IMG/VR virus record: IMGVR_UViG_3300002092_001784
Coordinates: 32,001 to 96,000 of that record
Direction: 5' to 3' (one strand)
DNA length: 64,000 bases
Origin: a virus
Lineage: Duplodnaviria > Caudoviricetes
The notes under the pieces were generated by a model that saw only the letters and a list, made by a program, of their open reading frames with translations, was not told where the DNA came from and made no database searches. Positions 53,363 through 64,000 of this stretch are shown one piece after another (position 1 is the first letter of the stretch; each line of letters starts with the position of its first letter). A program made the position numbers and the translations under genes.

Positions 53363-55633
53363 ATGAAAGTTTCTTCAAAAGATGTTTCTAAAAAAAGTTC
53401 GTATGGTGCTTCCGCTTGGTGGATGGATGATTTCGATACCAGTTACGCTGATTCGTATCTATCTGATACCGATAAACATGCCACCGATTTGTATAAAATG
53501 GCTTCCCATCGTAGGGCTATCGCCAACTTTGTTGGTATTGTAACCAACAAATCTATTCCTGTTAAATTTGTTTCCAAAGGTGATTCGTTTACAGATGGTA
53601 AGAGTGTTACTATTTCTTCCAAAGTAAGTGACCCAAAGGAGTTTGACTCAACGGTTGGTTTGGCTTTGCATGAAGGTTCTCACATTAAACTTTCAGATTT
53701 CGGTATTCTGAAAGACCTTAGTGTTAATATCCACTCACTTATTAGTTATGATAAACGTGCGGAACTTACTGAACTTTCCACTGTTAAAAAAGTTGATTTT
53801 TATTATACTGTAAAAAGTATTCTTAATTGGGTTGAAGACCGTAGGATTGACCAATATGTTTTCAATCAGGCCCCTGGCTATCGTGATTACTATCGGGCAA
53901 TGTATGATAAATACTTCAATGACCCTATTATTGAAAAGGCGTTGGCTAGTAATGAGTTTACAAAGGAAACCATTAAATCGTATATGTTTCGTTTGATTAA
54001 TCTACATTCCAAATCAACCCGACTTGATGCTTTGAAATCACTTCGTAAGATTAGTAATGTAGTTGACCTATCAAATATCAGTAGGTTACAATCATCCAAA
54101 GATGCGTTGGGTGTGGCGCTTGAGATTACAGAAATCATTCTTAATTCGATTGTGTTGCCCGAACCGCCTAAACCAAAAGAGCCGGAACAAAAATCTGAAC
54201 AAACCGATGGTGGTGGTTCTGGTGCGGGTGATGGTTCTGATGAAAGTGAATCTGATGAATCTGATGAGAAATCGGGTTCTGACAGTAAAAGTGGTAAATC
54301 GGACGATGATTCTGACGAAGATGATTCTGAGGGTGGTGAATCGGGTGGTATATCTGATGACGAATCGGATGATTTTGGTGAGTATGGTTCTGAAAAGCCA
54401 GAACAAACTTCAGATAAAACCAATGGTACTTCTCCTGATGTTGAAAATGATACTGATGATACTGATAGTGAGGGTGGTATGAGTTCTACCGGTGCTGGTT
54501 CTGAGGCTGAACCGTTTAACGATGGTTCTGACTCCAACTCCGCTGATAATCGTTTGACTGATAAACAAATGAAACAGTTGGAGAAGAAACTGAAATCGCA
54601 GGAAGATTTTGTTAACGGTGACGTTAAGAAATCTACGGTTACCAAAACAGAACAGCAATCTCTAAAGAATATTGAAGAATCGGGCGCTGAACTTTCAGTA
54701 GTTGGTAAAGATATTCCAACTTACGGTGGACCTCTTAAAGGTATTGAATGTGTTGTGGTTAAAAAAATGACCGAATCGGTTATGCTTGAGAAATCGTTTC
54801 CATTAACACACAAATCTTACAATTATAAGACAGGTACTTATGATATGAAATCTTTTTCAGATTCGGCTGTTGAGGCTGGTATTCGGTTGGGAACTATGCT
54901 TGGTAAAAGGTTGCAGGTTCGTTCTGAAGCAAGAGAAACGGTTTACAATCGCCAGTTAGTTGGTAGGTTGGATAAACGAATGGTTTCTTCGCTTGGGTTT
55001 GGTAATGAGCATGTGTTTTTCACCCGTGAGATTGACAAATACAACAAAGCTAACTTACATATTTCAATTGACGCTTCCGGTTCTATGGCCGGTTCAAAGT
55101 GGGACTCTACTATGACTAATGTAGTTGCTTTGGCTAAAGCAGTTGATATGATTCCAAATCTTCAGATTCAGATTTCATTCAGAACTACGCAAGGTAATTC
55201 ACCTTATGTGGTTATTGCTTACGATAGTAGGGTTGACAAGTTTGTTAAAATCAAAAGTTTGTTCAGATATTTAAGACCAGAAGGTCTTACACCTGAAGGA
55301 CTTTGTTTTGAAGCAATTCTGAAATATATGGTTTCGTCTGGAACTGATATTGATTCTTACTTTGTGAATATTTCAGATGGTGAACCTTATTTCACCGCTC
55401 AAAGTGGTTTGTATTATACTGGGGCTACCGCTTCCAAACATACCCGAACTATGGTGGACAATATTTCTAAAATGGGAATCAGAGTTTTATCTTACTTCGT
55501 TAGTAGTGGTAACAACGAACGGGTGATGGCTACTTTCAGAGAGTGTTACGGTAAGGCCGCTTCGTTTATTAATGTTACTAATATGGTAGAAGTTTCCCGT
55601 ACTATGAACGCCTTATTTATGACTAAGGCGTAA
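53363..55633 (+). CDS. vWA-domain protein with N-terminal HExxH metallopeptidase-like domain and acidic linker (MoxR partner)
   Basis: LHEGSH, WVEDRRID, D/E/S/G-rich linker, MIDAS IDASGSM, GLTP, ISDG. Confidence 0.85.
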   Translation: MKVSSKDVSKKSSYGASAWWMDDFDTSYADSYLSDTDKHATDLYKMASHRRAIANFVGIVTNKSIPVKFVSKGDSFTDGKSVTISSKVSDPKEFDSTVGLALHEGSHIKLSDFGILKDLSVNIHSLISYDKRAELTELSTVKKVDFYYTVKSILNWVEDRRIDQYVFNQAPGYRDYYRAMYDKYFNDPIIEKALASNEFTKETIKSYMFRLINLHSKSTRLDALKSLRKISNVVDLSNISRLQSSKDALGVALEITEIILNSIVLPEPPKPKEPEQKSEQTDGGGSGAGDGSDESESDESDEKSGSDSKSGKSDDDSDEDDSEGGESGGISDDESDDFGEYGSEKPEQTSDKTNGTSPDVENDTDDTDSEGGMSSTGAGSEAEPFNDGSDSNSADNRLTDKQMKQLEKKLKSQEDFVNGDVKKSTVTKTEQQSLKNIEESGAELSVVGKDIPTYGGPLKGIECVVVKKMTESVMLEKSFPLTHKSYNYKTGTYDMKSFSDSAVEAGIRLGTMLGKRLQVRSEARETVYNRQLVGRLDKRMVSSLGFGNEHVFFTREIDKYNKANLHISIDASGSMAGSKWDSTMTNVVALAKAVDMIPNLQIQISFRTTQGNSPYVVIAYDSRVDKFVKIKSLFRYLRPEGLTPEGLCFEAILKYMVSSGTDIDSYFVNISDGEPYFTAQSGLYYTGATASKHTRTMVDNISKMGIRVLSYFVSSGNNERVMATFRECYGKAASFINVTNMVEVSRTMNALFMTKA

Positions 55634-55653
55634 TTAAACTTAAATTATTAAAA

Positions 55654-55932
55654 ATGGCAGAATTAAAAGGAAAAGTGATTGCAGGTAAGGTTTTGATACA
55701 GCCTGAACAATCTGTTACTAAAACGAGCGGGGGTATTATTATCCCCGACTCTGCAAAAGAAAAACCAAACTCCGGCAAAGTTATACTTGTCGGTTTGGCT
55801 AAATCTGATGAAATAGTGGAAGTATCCATTGGGGATACTGTTTTTTATCCAAAATATGTGGGTACTGAAATTAGTATTGATGGTACTGATTATTTACTCA
55901 TATCTCAATCGGATATACTATTCATCGCTTAA
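55654..55932 (+). CDS. groS: co-chaperonin GroES
   Basis: KTSGGIIIPDSAKEKP mobile loop; GDTV; DIL. Confidence 0.95.
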   Translation: MAELKGKVIAGKVLIQPEQSVTKTSGGIIIPDSAKEKPNSGKVILVGLAKSDEIVEVSIGDTVFYPKYVGTEISIDGTDYLLISQSDILFIA

Positions 55933-55949
55933 ATTTTAATTAAAAATAA

Positions 55950-57578
<1,629 letters not shown>

Positions 57579-57590
57579 TAGACATGAGAT

Positions 57591-57620
57591 TGAAACCGGC
57601 TTCGGCCGGTTTCATTTCTT
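57591..57620 (+). terminator. intrinsic terminator with UUCG tetraloop
   Basis: TGAAACCGGC-TTCG-GCCGGTTTCA then TTTCTT. Confidence 0.85.
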
Positions 57621-57804
57621 AACAATTTATTAACATTAAAAATTTGGAAATTAGAATTGAATTTTGTATCTTTGAGTATTGTTCTTTGAGAGAGTTGAGT
57701 TTTTCAGTCTGATGTTATTTTTGTTGATTTAACAATTATTTAACATTAAAAGTTTGGAAAGTTCATTTTTATTTCTTATATTTGTGTATTGATTTTTGAG
57801 AGAG
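57619..57804 (+). promoter_or_regulatory. two tandem extended promoters, 110 bp apart, upstream of MoxR
   Basis: TTAACAATTnnTTAACATTAAAAnTTTGGAAA-N-TAtcTTTG-n-GTATTG..TTTGAGAGAG at 57619 and 57729. Confidence 0.8.
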
Positions 57805-57843
57805 ATATTATTTTTTATTCGTTTTATTTAACCCCATATTATT

Positions 57844-59040
57844 ATGAAGAATTTAGATTCGGTTTCGGTTTTTAAGGTTGTTAAAGTTTCTGGAGCTTTC
57901 AAACTCCAAAGTGTTAATGGTGAAATCGTTGGTACGGCTGGTATCAACACCGGTACTCGTCGTAAGGCGTTTGATACCGATAAGGCCCTCAAACAGGTAG
58001 TTGGTAAGACCGGTAAGGTTTCCTACCGTTTAGTTGAAATGGATGAGTATTCCAAATTGGTTGCTCCACTAAAAGAACAGGCCGAAGTTAATTCGGAACC
58101 TGTTAAATCTCACGCTGAGATTACCGATTTCATTCACAACCGTTCGTTGGAACTGAAACCTGTACATTTGGTGATGACCCCACTCAAATGGAAGTATCTA
58201 ATCCGTTCGGCAGTGAGAGCTAAGAATATTATGATGACCGGACCTGCCGGTTGTGGAAAAACGTTGGCCGCCAAAACATTGGTTACGGCTCTTAACCGAC
58301 CTGATTACTATTTCAACTTAGGAGCAACGCAGGATGCTAGAGCAACTCTTATTGGTAACACCCACTTTGATTCTAAAAACGGTACGTTCTTCTCAGAATC
58401 GGCATTCGTTAAGGCTATCAGAACACCAAACGCGGTTATCCTATTGGATGAGTTGAGTAGAGCACACCCTGATGCTTGGAATATTTTGATGACTGTGTTG
58501 GACCAGGGACAACGTTACCTTCGTTTGGATGAGGCTGAAAATTCACCGATTGTGAATGTGGCTGAGGGTGTTACTTTCATCGCTACCGCCAATATCGGTA
58601 ATGAGTATACATCGACTAGAGTTTTGGATAGGGCATTACTTGACCGTTTCACTACTATTGAAATGGATGTTCTGAACGCAACAGAAGAACTTGACCTTCT
58701 GAAATATATGTACCCTGATGTTGATGTTTATGATTTGAACGCTGTGGCTGAAATTGCTCACCACACCCGTGAGATGAGCAAATCTGAGAGTGGTAAATTA
58801 ACTAATATGGTTTCGACCAGAGCAAGTGTTGAAACGGCTGGTTTACTTTATGACGGGTTTACACTTACTGAGGCGGCTGAAATCGCTATCTTCCCTTTCT
58901 TCTCTACTGATGGTGGTGTGGACTCCGAAAGGACTTACATCAAACAGTTAGTTCAGAAATACCAACGTGAAGAGAAATCAGAACCGTTGTTTACGGCCGA
59001 AGCAAAACCCGCCGATACCGATAGTAAAATCATTTGGTAA
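57844..59040 (+). CDS. MoxR/CbbQ/NirQ-family AAA+ ATPase
   Basis: GPAGCGKT, ILLDELSRA, FIATANIG, LDRALLDRF, STRA. Confidence 0.92.
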   Translation: MKNLDSVSVFKVVKVSGAFKLQSVNGEIVGTAGINTGTRRKAFDTDKALKQVVGKTGKVSYRLVEMDEYSKLVAPLKEQAEVNSEPVKSHAEITDFIHNRSLELKPVHLVMTPLKWKYLIRSAVRAKNIMMTGPAGCGKTLAAKTLVTALNRPDYYFNLGATQDARATLIGNTHFDSKNGTFFSESAFVKAIRTPNAVILLDELSRAHPDAWNILMTVLDQGQRYLRLDEAENSPIVNVAEGVTFIATANIGNEYTSTRVLDRALLDRFTTIEMDVLNATEELDLLKYMYPDVDVYDLNAVAEIAHHTREMSKSESGKLTNMVSTRASVETAGLLYDGFTLTEAAEIAIFPFFSTDGGVDSERTYIKQLVQKYQREEKSEPLFTAEAKPADTDSKIIW

Positions 59041-59068
59041 TCGGTAAGGGGTTAACGATTATCATTAG

Positions 59069-59097
59069 AGTAGTGGGGGAAACTCCACTACTTTTTT
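59069..59097 (+). terminator. intrinsic terminator with GAAA tetraloop
   Basis: AGTAGTGGGG-GAAA-CTCCACTACT then T tract. Confidence 0.85.
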
Positions 59098-59124
59098 ATA
59101 ACTTTGAAATTTAATATAAATCAT

Positions 59125-59298
59125 ATGAGTACTAATAAAAAAGGTGATTGGATTGACCGGTTGATGAAATCATACCGAGTACCAGCAGAAACACCATCGG
59201 ATGTGAATAAAAAGAAAAGTATATTGAGAGAGTCACAATTAAAAATTATTAACCAAAGTAAAGCAAAAAATGAAAGAAACATTAAAACTGGTAACTAA
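59125..59298 (+). CDS. hypothetical protein
   Basis: Small ORF; ATG start preferred over TTG 59104. Confidence 0.45.
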   Translation: MSTNKKGDWIDRLMKSYRVPAETPSDVNKKKSILRESQLKIINQSKAKNERNIKTGN

Positions 59299-59569
59299 TT
59301 TTGATGTTACCAATTTTGATAAATTACAGTTTGTAGAGAGAAATAGCTTTTCAAATATGAAGCAGGCAATTGTTGAGTATGCAAACGGATATGGTGCAAG
59401 TATAATCATCGATGACAATTCATACGGTGGGTTGGCTGGTTTATATGAAATTGCGGTATTAGGTAAGAATGGTGAAATCGTATATAATACACCAATTACG
59501 AATGATGTGTTGGGGTATTTATCAGAACAAGAAGTAACAGAAACATTAATTAAAATTAAGAACCTTTAA
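59270..59569 (+). CDS. conserved hypothetical phage protein
   Basis: NGYGASII...YG...GLYEIAVL pattern. Confidence 0.65.
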   Translation: MKETLKLVTNFDVTNFDKLQFVERNSFSNMKQAIVEYANGYGASIIIDDNSYGGLAGLYEIAVLGKNGEIVYNTPITNDVLGYLSEQEVTETLIKIKNL

Positions 59570-59580
59570 GTTTTCAAAAG

Positions 59581-59856
59581 ATGGAAGTTGTAAAAAGTAG
59601 GTATGGTGCAGACCGTTCAGTGGAACGTGTTGATTTTGGTAAGGTATTGGTAATGGGTGAATCGGAGTTCAGCCGCCAATCAGTTAATAACAAAGGGGTC
59701 ACTACTCTATTTGATTTTGAGGGTGGACCTTGCTATACGCTAGGTGGTAAAATCGCCTTTGAAGGGTTGAATTGGAAGATTACTTCCATTGGTTCACAGG
59801 AGACCAACCACAATGGTTTGGTTAAGTGTGTATTGGGTGTTGAACCTCTATACTAA
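59581..59856 (+). CDS. hypothetical protein
   Basis: 91 aa ORF. Confidence 0.6.
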   Translation: MEVVKSRYGADRSVERVDFGKVLVMGESEFSRQSVNNKGVTTLFDFEGGPCYTLGGKIAFEGLNWKITSIGSQETNHNGLVKCVLGVEPLY

Positions 59857-59865
59857 ACCTAAAAT

Positions 59866-59900
59866 TCGGTGGATTTGATACGTTAAGTCCACCGATTATT
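59866..59900 (+). terminator. hairpin, probable terminator
   Basis: TCGGTGGATTT/AAGTCCACCGA 11-bp stem. Confidence 0.55.
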
Positions 59901-59967
59901 CATGTCCTAACAGATAGTTTAATTAAAAAAAATAACCTCTTAAATGGGGTTAAAATGAAAATAAACA

Positions 59968-60582
59968 ATGGTCAATAATTCAGAACAAATAAAAAGTATG
60001 CTATCCTTCGGTACTGATGATTTTTACTTTGTTGAAATAATAAAACGTAGAAAAGATAATCCAGAGTTGGACAGAAGTGAAAAGGTTATTCGTAATTTTT
60101 ATATTGAATCGTTTGAGCAGTATGATAAATTACTACCGATAATTACTAAAGTATGTGATTATGAGAACGCAAGGGCATATTTTCGTATCAATCGACGTAA
60201 TTATAAGAAGTTAGCATTGCACATCAACAAACGAATAGCAGAATATTTGATAAATGGTTCTGAAAAATCAATCAGAACTGTATTTGATTCTGTTGCCGGT
60301 GAAATTCATTCTGATGATGACACTAAATGGATTGTGGATATTGATAACTTATCATTTGACGATAAATTTTCATCAGTAATGGGATTGGGTACACGTCCTA
60401 TGTATTATTCATACTTGGAAAAACTTCAGATTGAAGCAAATAGAGTGCCATTGATGCACGTATTACCTACTAAAAGTGGTATTCATATTGTTACAAGACC
60501 ATTTAATTTGCAAAAATTCAAAGAAGTGCATCCGGAGATTGATGTACATAAAGATAATATGGTAGTTTTATACTGCCCATAA
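59968..60582 (+). CDS. hypothetical protein, possible AEP (primase-polymerase) fold
   Basis: WIVDID (DxD) and TKSGIHI (sGxH) motifs. Confidence 0.5.
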   Translation: MVNNSEQIKSMLSFGTDDFYFVEIIKRRKDNPELDRSEKVIRNFYIESFEQYDKLLPIITKVCDYENARAYFRINRRNYKKLALHINKRIAEYLINGSEKSIRTVFDSVAGEIHSDDDTKWIVDIDNLSFDDKFSSVMGLGTRPMYYSYLEKLQIEANRVPLMHVLPTKSGIHIVTRPFNLQKFKEVHPEIDVHKDNMVVLYCP

Positions 60583-60595
60583 TTTAATCGATAGT

Positions 60596-60934
60596 ATGAC
60601 GAGATTATTGTTTTTAGTGTTGATGTTGTTTACATTGGGATTATCCGCACAAACCAGAGATACTACAAAAATAAATGCGGACGAACAAATTAGATTCGAT
60701 AGAATTGATTCTACGCTGCATGAATATGGTAAGCAACAAACTGTTGCAAATAAAATTACAGTTGTATCGATATTGTTTGTAGTTGGTGGAACTGTAATTG
60801 GAGTTCCAACAATGCCGCTATTGGTAGCAACTTCAATGTGTGATTTGGCAACGTTGATTGTAAGTAGTAAAGCAAATAAAAGATTATCAGGAAATACACC
60901 AAAAAGAAAACGAAAGCATGAAAATAACAGATAA
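60596..60934 (+). CDS. hypothetical membrane/secreted protein
   Basis: Signal-peptide-like N-terminus and a hydrophobic segment. Confidence 0.55.
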   Translation: MTRLLFLVLMLFTLGLSAQTRDTTKINADEQIRFDRIDSTLHEYGKQQTVANKITVVSILFVVGGTVIGVPTMPLLVATSMCDLATLIVSSKANKRLSGNTPKRKRKHENNR

Positions 60935-61394
60935 GTATGTATTCTTCTACAATGATGAGTTTTCCCAATGGCATAGAGCTCCAATGTTAATTGATGGTAT
61001 TCGATATAACTGCGCAGAGCAGTATATGATGCATCAAAAGGCATTGCTGTTTGATGATACGGAAATAGCCGGACTCATTATGAGTGCAGATTTTGCGGCG
61101 GTTCAAAAGAAGTTAGGTAGAGCGGTAAAGGGCTTCCATCAAACTAAATGGGACCGGTATTGCCTATCCATAGTTTATAAGGGAAATTTGGCAAAGTTTT
61201 CACAGAACCCGGAATTACGCAAACTTATACTTTCGTTTGGTGACAGAGTTTTTGTTGAAGCATCCAAATTTGATTCGGTGTGGGGTGTTGGTTTTAGTGA
61301 ATATGATGATGAAATACTAAATCCCGAAAATTGGCGTGGTACTAATCTATTAGGAACTGTATTGACAATGGTTCGGAATGAATTAAAAGGATAA
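60918..61394 (+). CDS. NADAR (YbiA-like) family protein
   Basis: FSQW, AEQYMM.QKA.LF.D, QKKLGR.V, AKFSQN, VEAS..D.VWG.G, GTNLLG..L..VR. Confidence 0.92.
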   Translation: MKITDKYVFFYNDEFSQWHRAPMLIDGIRYNCAEQYMMHQKALLFDDTEIAGLIMSADFAAVQKKLGRAVKGFHQTKWDRYCLSIVYKGNLAKFSQNPELRKLILSFGDRVFVEASKFDSVWGVGFSEYDDEILNPENWRGTNLLGTVLTMVRNELKG

Positions 61395-61396
61395 AA

Positions 61397-61903
61397 ATGG
61401 CAAACTATAAAGAAATTGAAGGTGATTTGATACAACTAGCTAAACAGGCTAAGTTTGATGTTATCGCTCACGGATGTAATTGTATGAGTAATATGGGAGC
61501 TGGTATTGCAGTTCCAATGGCATTAACATTTGGGTGTAACCGATTTGAAATGGAAAGATGGGGCCGAACTATTCAAAAACTTGGTTGTATTGATTTTCAA
61601 ACATTCGTATTGGGCGAAAACGCAATGTGGAATTTGGAAAACGGTAAAAATCATAAAGATGAACCAGAACTTATAGTTGTTAATGCATATACTCAAGTTT
61701 TTCCAAGAGCAGACCTCAAACCATTGGATTATGAAGCATTGACATTGTGTATGCGTAAAATGAATGTGGTGTTCAGAGGTAAACATATAGGATTGCCGAA
61801 AATTGGAGCCGGATTGGCAGGTGGGGATTGGGAACGAATTAAAACAATCATACAGACCGAATTAAAAGATTGTGATATAACGGTTGTAATATATAAAAAA
61901 TAA
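61397..61903 (+). CDS. macrodomain (ADP-ribose hydrolase-like) protein
   Basis: IEGDL, IAHGCNC..NMGAGIA, VNAYTQ, PKIGAGLAGGDW. Confidence 0.9.
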   Translation: MANYKEIEGDLIQLAKQAKFDVIAHGCNCMSNMGAGIAVPMALTFGCNRFEMERWGRTIQKLGCIDFQTFVLGENAMWNLENGKNHKDEPELIVVNAYTQVFPRADLKPLDYEALTLCMRKMNVVFRGKHIGLPKIGAGLAGGDWERIKTIIQTELKDCDITVVIYKK

Positions 61904-62280
61904 TGAGTAACGGAGTTACAATTCAAGGTTGGAAAAAACTAAATGGTATGGGGTGTTTCATATGCACTATGCCACTTACATTTGGAAAAGCTGATATAAT
62001 TAATGAGTTGTATACTGTTGAGTTGTTATCCGATAAAAAATCAATATTACAGGTAGATATTTGGGCAGATGATATGCTTATGGAAGTTAGAGCAAAATCC
62101 ACAATACTACATACTGTACCAGTTCTTCGTTCTGATATAAACCCAAAGGATATAGCAAGCCCTATACATTTTATAAATAAACTGGATAGTATTGTTAACT
62201 CAAACAAACCATTTCAATCATACCTATATTTAGTGGCTGAAATTGAAAACGATGCACCAACATTAAGTAATCCACATTAG
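61903..62280 (+). CDS. hypothetical protein
   Basis: 125 aa ORF coupled to the upstream stop. Confidence 0.5.
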   Translation: MSNGVTIQGWKKLNGMGCFICTMPLTFGKADIINELYTVELLSDKKSILQVDIWADDMLMEVRAKSTILHTVPVLRSDINPKDIASPIHFINKLDSIVNSNKPFQSYLYLVAEIENDAPTLSNPH

Positions 62281-62284
62281 CATA

Positions 62285-62292
62285 ATATTTAT
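62285..62292 (+). promoter_or_regulatory. ATATTTAT putative phage promoter box
   Basis: Intergenic, upstream of 62308. Confidence 0.45.
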
Positions 62293-62307
62293 ATTAAAGT
62301 ATTGAAA

Positions 62308-62634
62308 TTCATGGAGCCAAAAAAAATATTCATAGAGGGAAAGCCGCAGATTCATAAATGGGCAGATGAAAATCGCAGTATCATAATGGAATGTCTTTAT
62401 GATAATGTGTTCGATTTTGTTAAAAAAAATGAAGATGTCAGAGTGGTTTTGAAGCTTGTTACGGGTGGAGAAAAGCCATCACGTGGTCGTATGAAACAAA
62501 ACGGTTATAATATCGAGTTTACTATATCTAAAGATGATATTGTGGAAACTATTGATAATTTATTAACTTATATGATCGAAACAGAAGAATATGAAAAGTG
62601 CGGAGAATTGACAGATTTGAAAAAAATGATTTGA
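62308..62634 (+). CDS. hypothetical protein with C-terminal UVR-like motif
   Basis: EEYEKC..L..L motif. Confidence 0.55.
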   Translation, partial: FMEPKKIFIEGKPQIHKWADENRSIIMECLYDNVFDFVKKNEDVRVVLKLVTGGEKPSRGRMKQNGYNIEFTISKDDIVETIDNLLTYMIETEEYEKCGELTDLKKMI

Positions 62635-62652
62635 AAAAAATAACATATTTAT

Positions 62653-62874
62653 ATGAATAGAGAGTACTTTGAAAAAATATCAAATAGGCAAGAGGTCTTA
62701 AAAAAAGAATTGCAGTATTGGGTCAATTTTGTACCATCTGGTGGAATGGGTCATTACGCTAAAAATATAAAGATTGAAACTATTACTGAAAAGTTGGAAA
62801 AAATTGAAAGTAAACTTGGAGATAAATATGTTGTAGATTTTAACGAATTATTAGAATTGATAAAAGATGTATAG
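62653..62874 (+). CDS. hypothetical protein
   Basis: 73 aa ORF. Confidence 0.55.
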   Translation: MNREYFEKISNRQEVLKKELQYWVNFVPSGGMGHYAKNIKIETITEKLEKIESKLGDKYVVDFNELLELIKDV

Positions 62875-63577
62875 AACAAATAAAGTGTTAGATGAAGTAT
62901 CCTTAAATCGAATATATCAGCATGTTGTTGATAAAAAAGTACCGTCTTGGGGTATCATCACTGCTTATAGAAACGGTAATAGCAAAAAGAAAAACATTGA
63001 AAAAAACAATGAATTGGCAGCCAAACTCAGAGAAATGGGATATGGTTTTGCTAAAATGAAGGGAGCTTGGAAAGAATGTCAAGACCAATCCGTACCGTAT
63101 AGTAAATGTCCTCCTGAGAAATTAGTAGATGCACATGAAATTACATATTTTGTTCCAAATCTAAAGAAAGATCAATTACATAAATTATGTAATGAGTTTG
63201 AACAAGATGCGGTTATTTATGGGGATGAAACAACCAAAGGTAATGCACATCTAATGTTTCAAGATGGTTCATCTGAAAATATTGGTAAGTTCCACCCAGA
63301 TACAATTGCTGCAAACTATACCAAACTCAATAACAATAGAAACTTTACATTTGCTAAACGCAAACAAAAACAAAAAGTAGAGCCAACTACCGCAACCGTT
63401 CAAAAACCGGAGAAAACTACATTGAAGAGTTTACTACCAACCGGAGTATTGAATAGTATGATTAAGAACCCAGAAACAGGTCGTAATGTGAAAGTTAAAT
63501 CAGCATTACGATATGATAAAGATTCACAAGCGTATAAAGCAGCAAAGCAAAAAATATCAAACGCAATCAAAAAATAA
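62867..63577 (+). CDS. hypothetical protein (DUF3293-like core) with C-terminal KNPETGR module
   Basis: WGIITAYR..N...N..L...L...GY....G.W.E pattern. Confidence 0.6.
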   Translation: MYRTNKVLDEVSLNRIYQHVVDKKVPSWGIITAYRNGNSKKKNIEKNNELAAKLREMGYGFAKMKGAWKECQDQSVPYSKCPPEKLVDAHEITYFVPNLKKDQLHKLCNEFEQDAVIYGDETTKGNAHLMFQDGSSENIGKFHPDTIAANYTKLNNNRNFTFAKRKQKQKVEPTTATVQKPEKTTLKSLLPTGVLNSMIKNPETGRNVKVKSALRYDKDSQAYKAAKQKISNAIKK

Positions 63578-63609
63578 TTTGGTAAATCCAAAAATTATTC
63601 GTATCTTTG
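63578..63609 (+). promoter_or_regulatory. Bacteroidota sigma-70-type promoter driving the tmRNA
   Basis: TTTG-N20-TATCTTTG, ending 14 nt before the mature 5' end. Confidence 0.8.
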
Positions 63610-63623
63610 TAACATCAAAATAT

Positions 63624-64000
63624 GGGGCTGACAGGTATTGACAGCGTATGACGAGGGTATATTGATGCAAGCGGGGTTAGATGGAAACCCTTGAACACCT
63701 ATCAAACAATAAAAGGCGTTAATAACTACGCATTAGCAGCGTAACCCATAGGGTTAACATAGCTTGGGGTCGTTGAACATATAACCTCGCAACAGAAGTT
63801 CATAAGGTGATGATACTACCAGCTAAGTGTATTGTGGGTGCAGGCGGAGCTCATATAAAATAATTCCAGCCAAGTTGTTTATCGGTGGGTTTCTCACATA
63901 CATCAAACCGTTTTATTTGTCAGTAAGAAACAACTGAATAAGCTTGTGAACGATGTGTATTTAAGCTATGTCTGGACGAGGATTCAACTTCCTCCAGCTC
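63624..64000 (+). ncRNA. ssrA: tmRNA (3' end truncated by the window edge)
   Basis: 5' GGGGCTG pairs with 3' CAGCTC including G3.U; T-arm GAGGA-TTCAACT-TCCTC; tag reading frame 63715-63744 GVNNYALAA*. Confidence 0.95.

Noticed and set aside
54160-54560. GAT/TCT-rich quasi-repeats inside the vWA gene
   Set aside because: Explained by an acidic Asp/Glu/Ser/Gly disordered linker, not a DNA repeat element.

Overview
The window is a 64 kb segment of a large (jumbo-type) lytic dsDNA phage genome. It is AT-rich and gene-dense in genetic code 11, and essentially every credible gene is on the + strand. The host is almost certainly Bacteroidota. Evidence: 13 promoters matching the Bacteroidota TTTG-N20-TAnnTTTG consensus, A-rich starts with no Shine-Dalgarno, a tmRNA tag GVNNYALAA, a Bacteroidota-type GroEL, and DUF4494-like and Hc1-like genes. 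Layout: (1) 1-5.8 kb, probable virion-internal proteins and a GH19 endolysin. (2) 6-29.5 kb, a T4-like replisome (SSB, UvsX, RNase H, helicase, PolB, sliding clamp, clamp loader, exonuclease) plus class II RNR, thioredoxin, dUTPase and nucleotidase. It is interleaved with candidate DNA-modifying enzymes (N4/N6 MTase, Mom-like GNAT, GT-B, GT2, DUF4338/DruA-like) and three HNH/GIY-YIG nucleases. (3) 30.5-53 kb, a very large glycan synthesis and tailoring locus. (4) 53.3-59 kb, vWA-GroES-GroEL-MoxR. (5) 59-63.6 kb, small accessory genes including a NADAR + macrodomain pair. (6) A tmRNA running off the right edge. Most interesting observations: a shared terminal aromatic peptide (NFW/DYW/FF) on the candidate DNA-modifying enzymes and PolB, suggesting clamp-tethered DNA modification; an HNH gene that interrupts the MTase start and supplies a recoded copy of it; a kissing-loop RNA element directly upstream of the GIY-YIG gene; a T7-tract frameshift in a WavE-like glycan gene; and a family of N-terminal 'KLxxLLxE' putative capsid-targeting peptides, one on a possible anti-CBASS 2H enzyme. 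All family assignments come from motif recognition by eye; no database searches were run.
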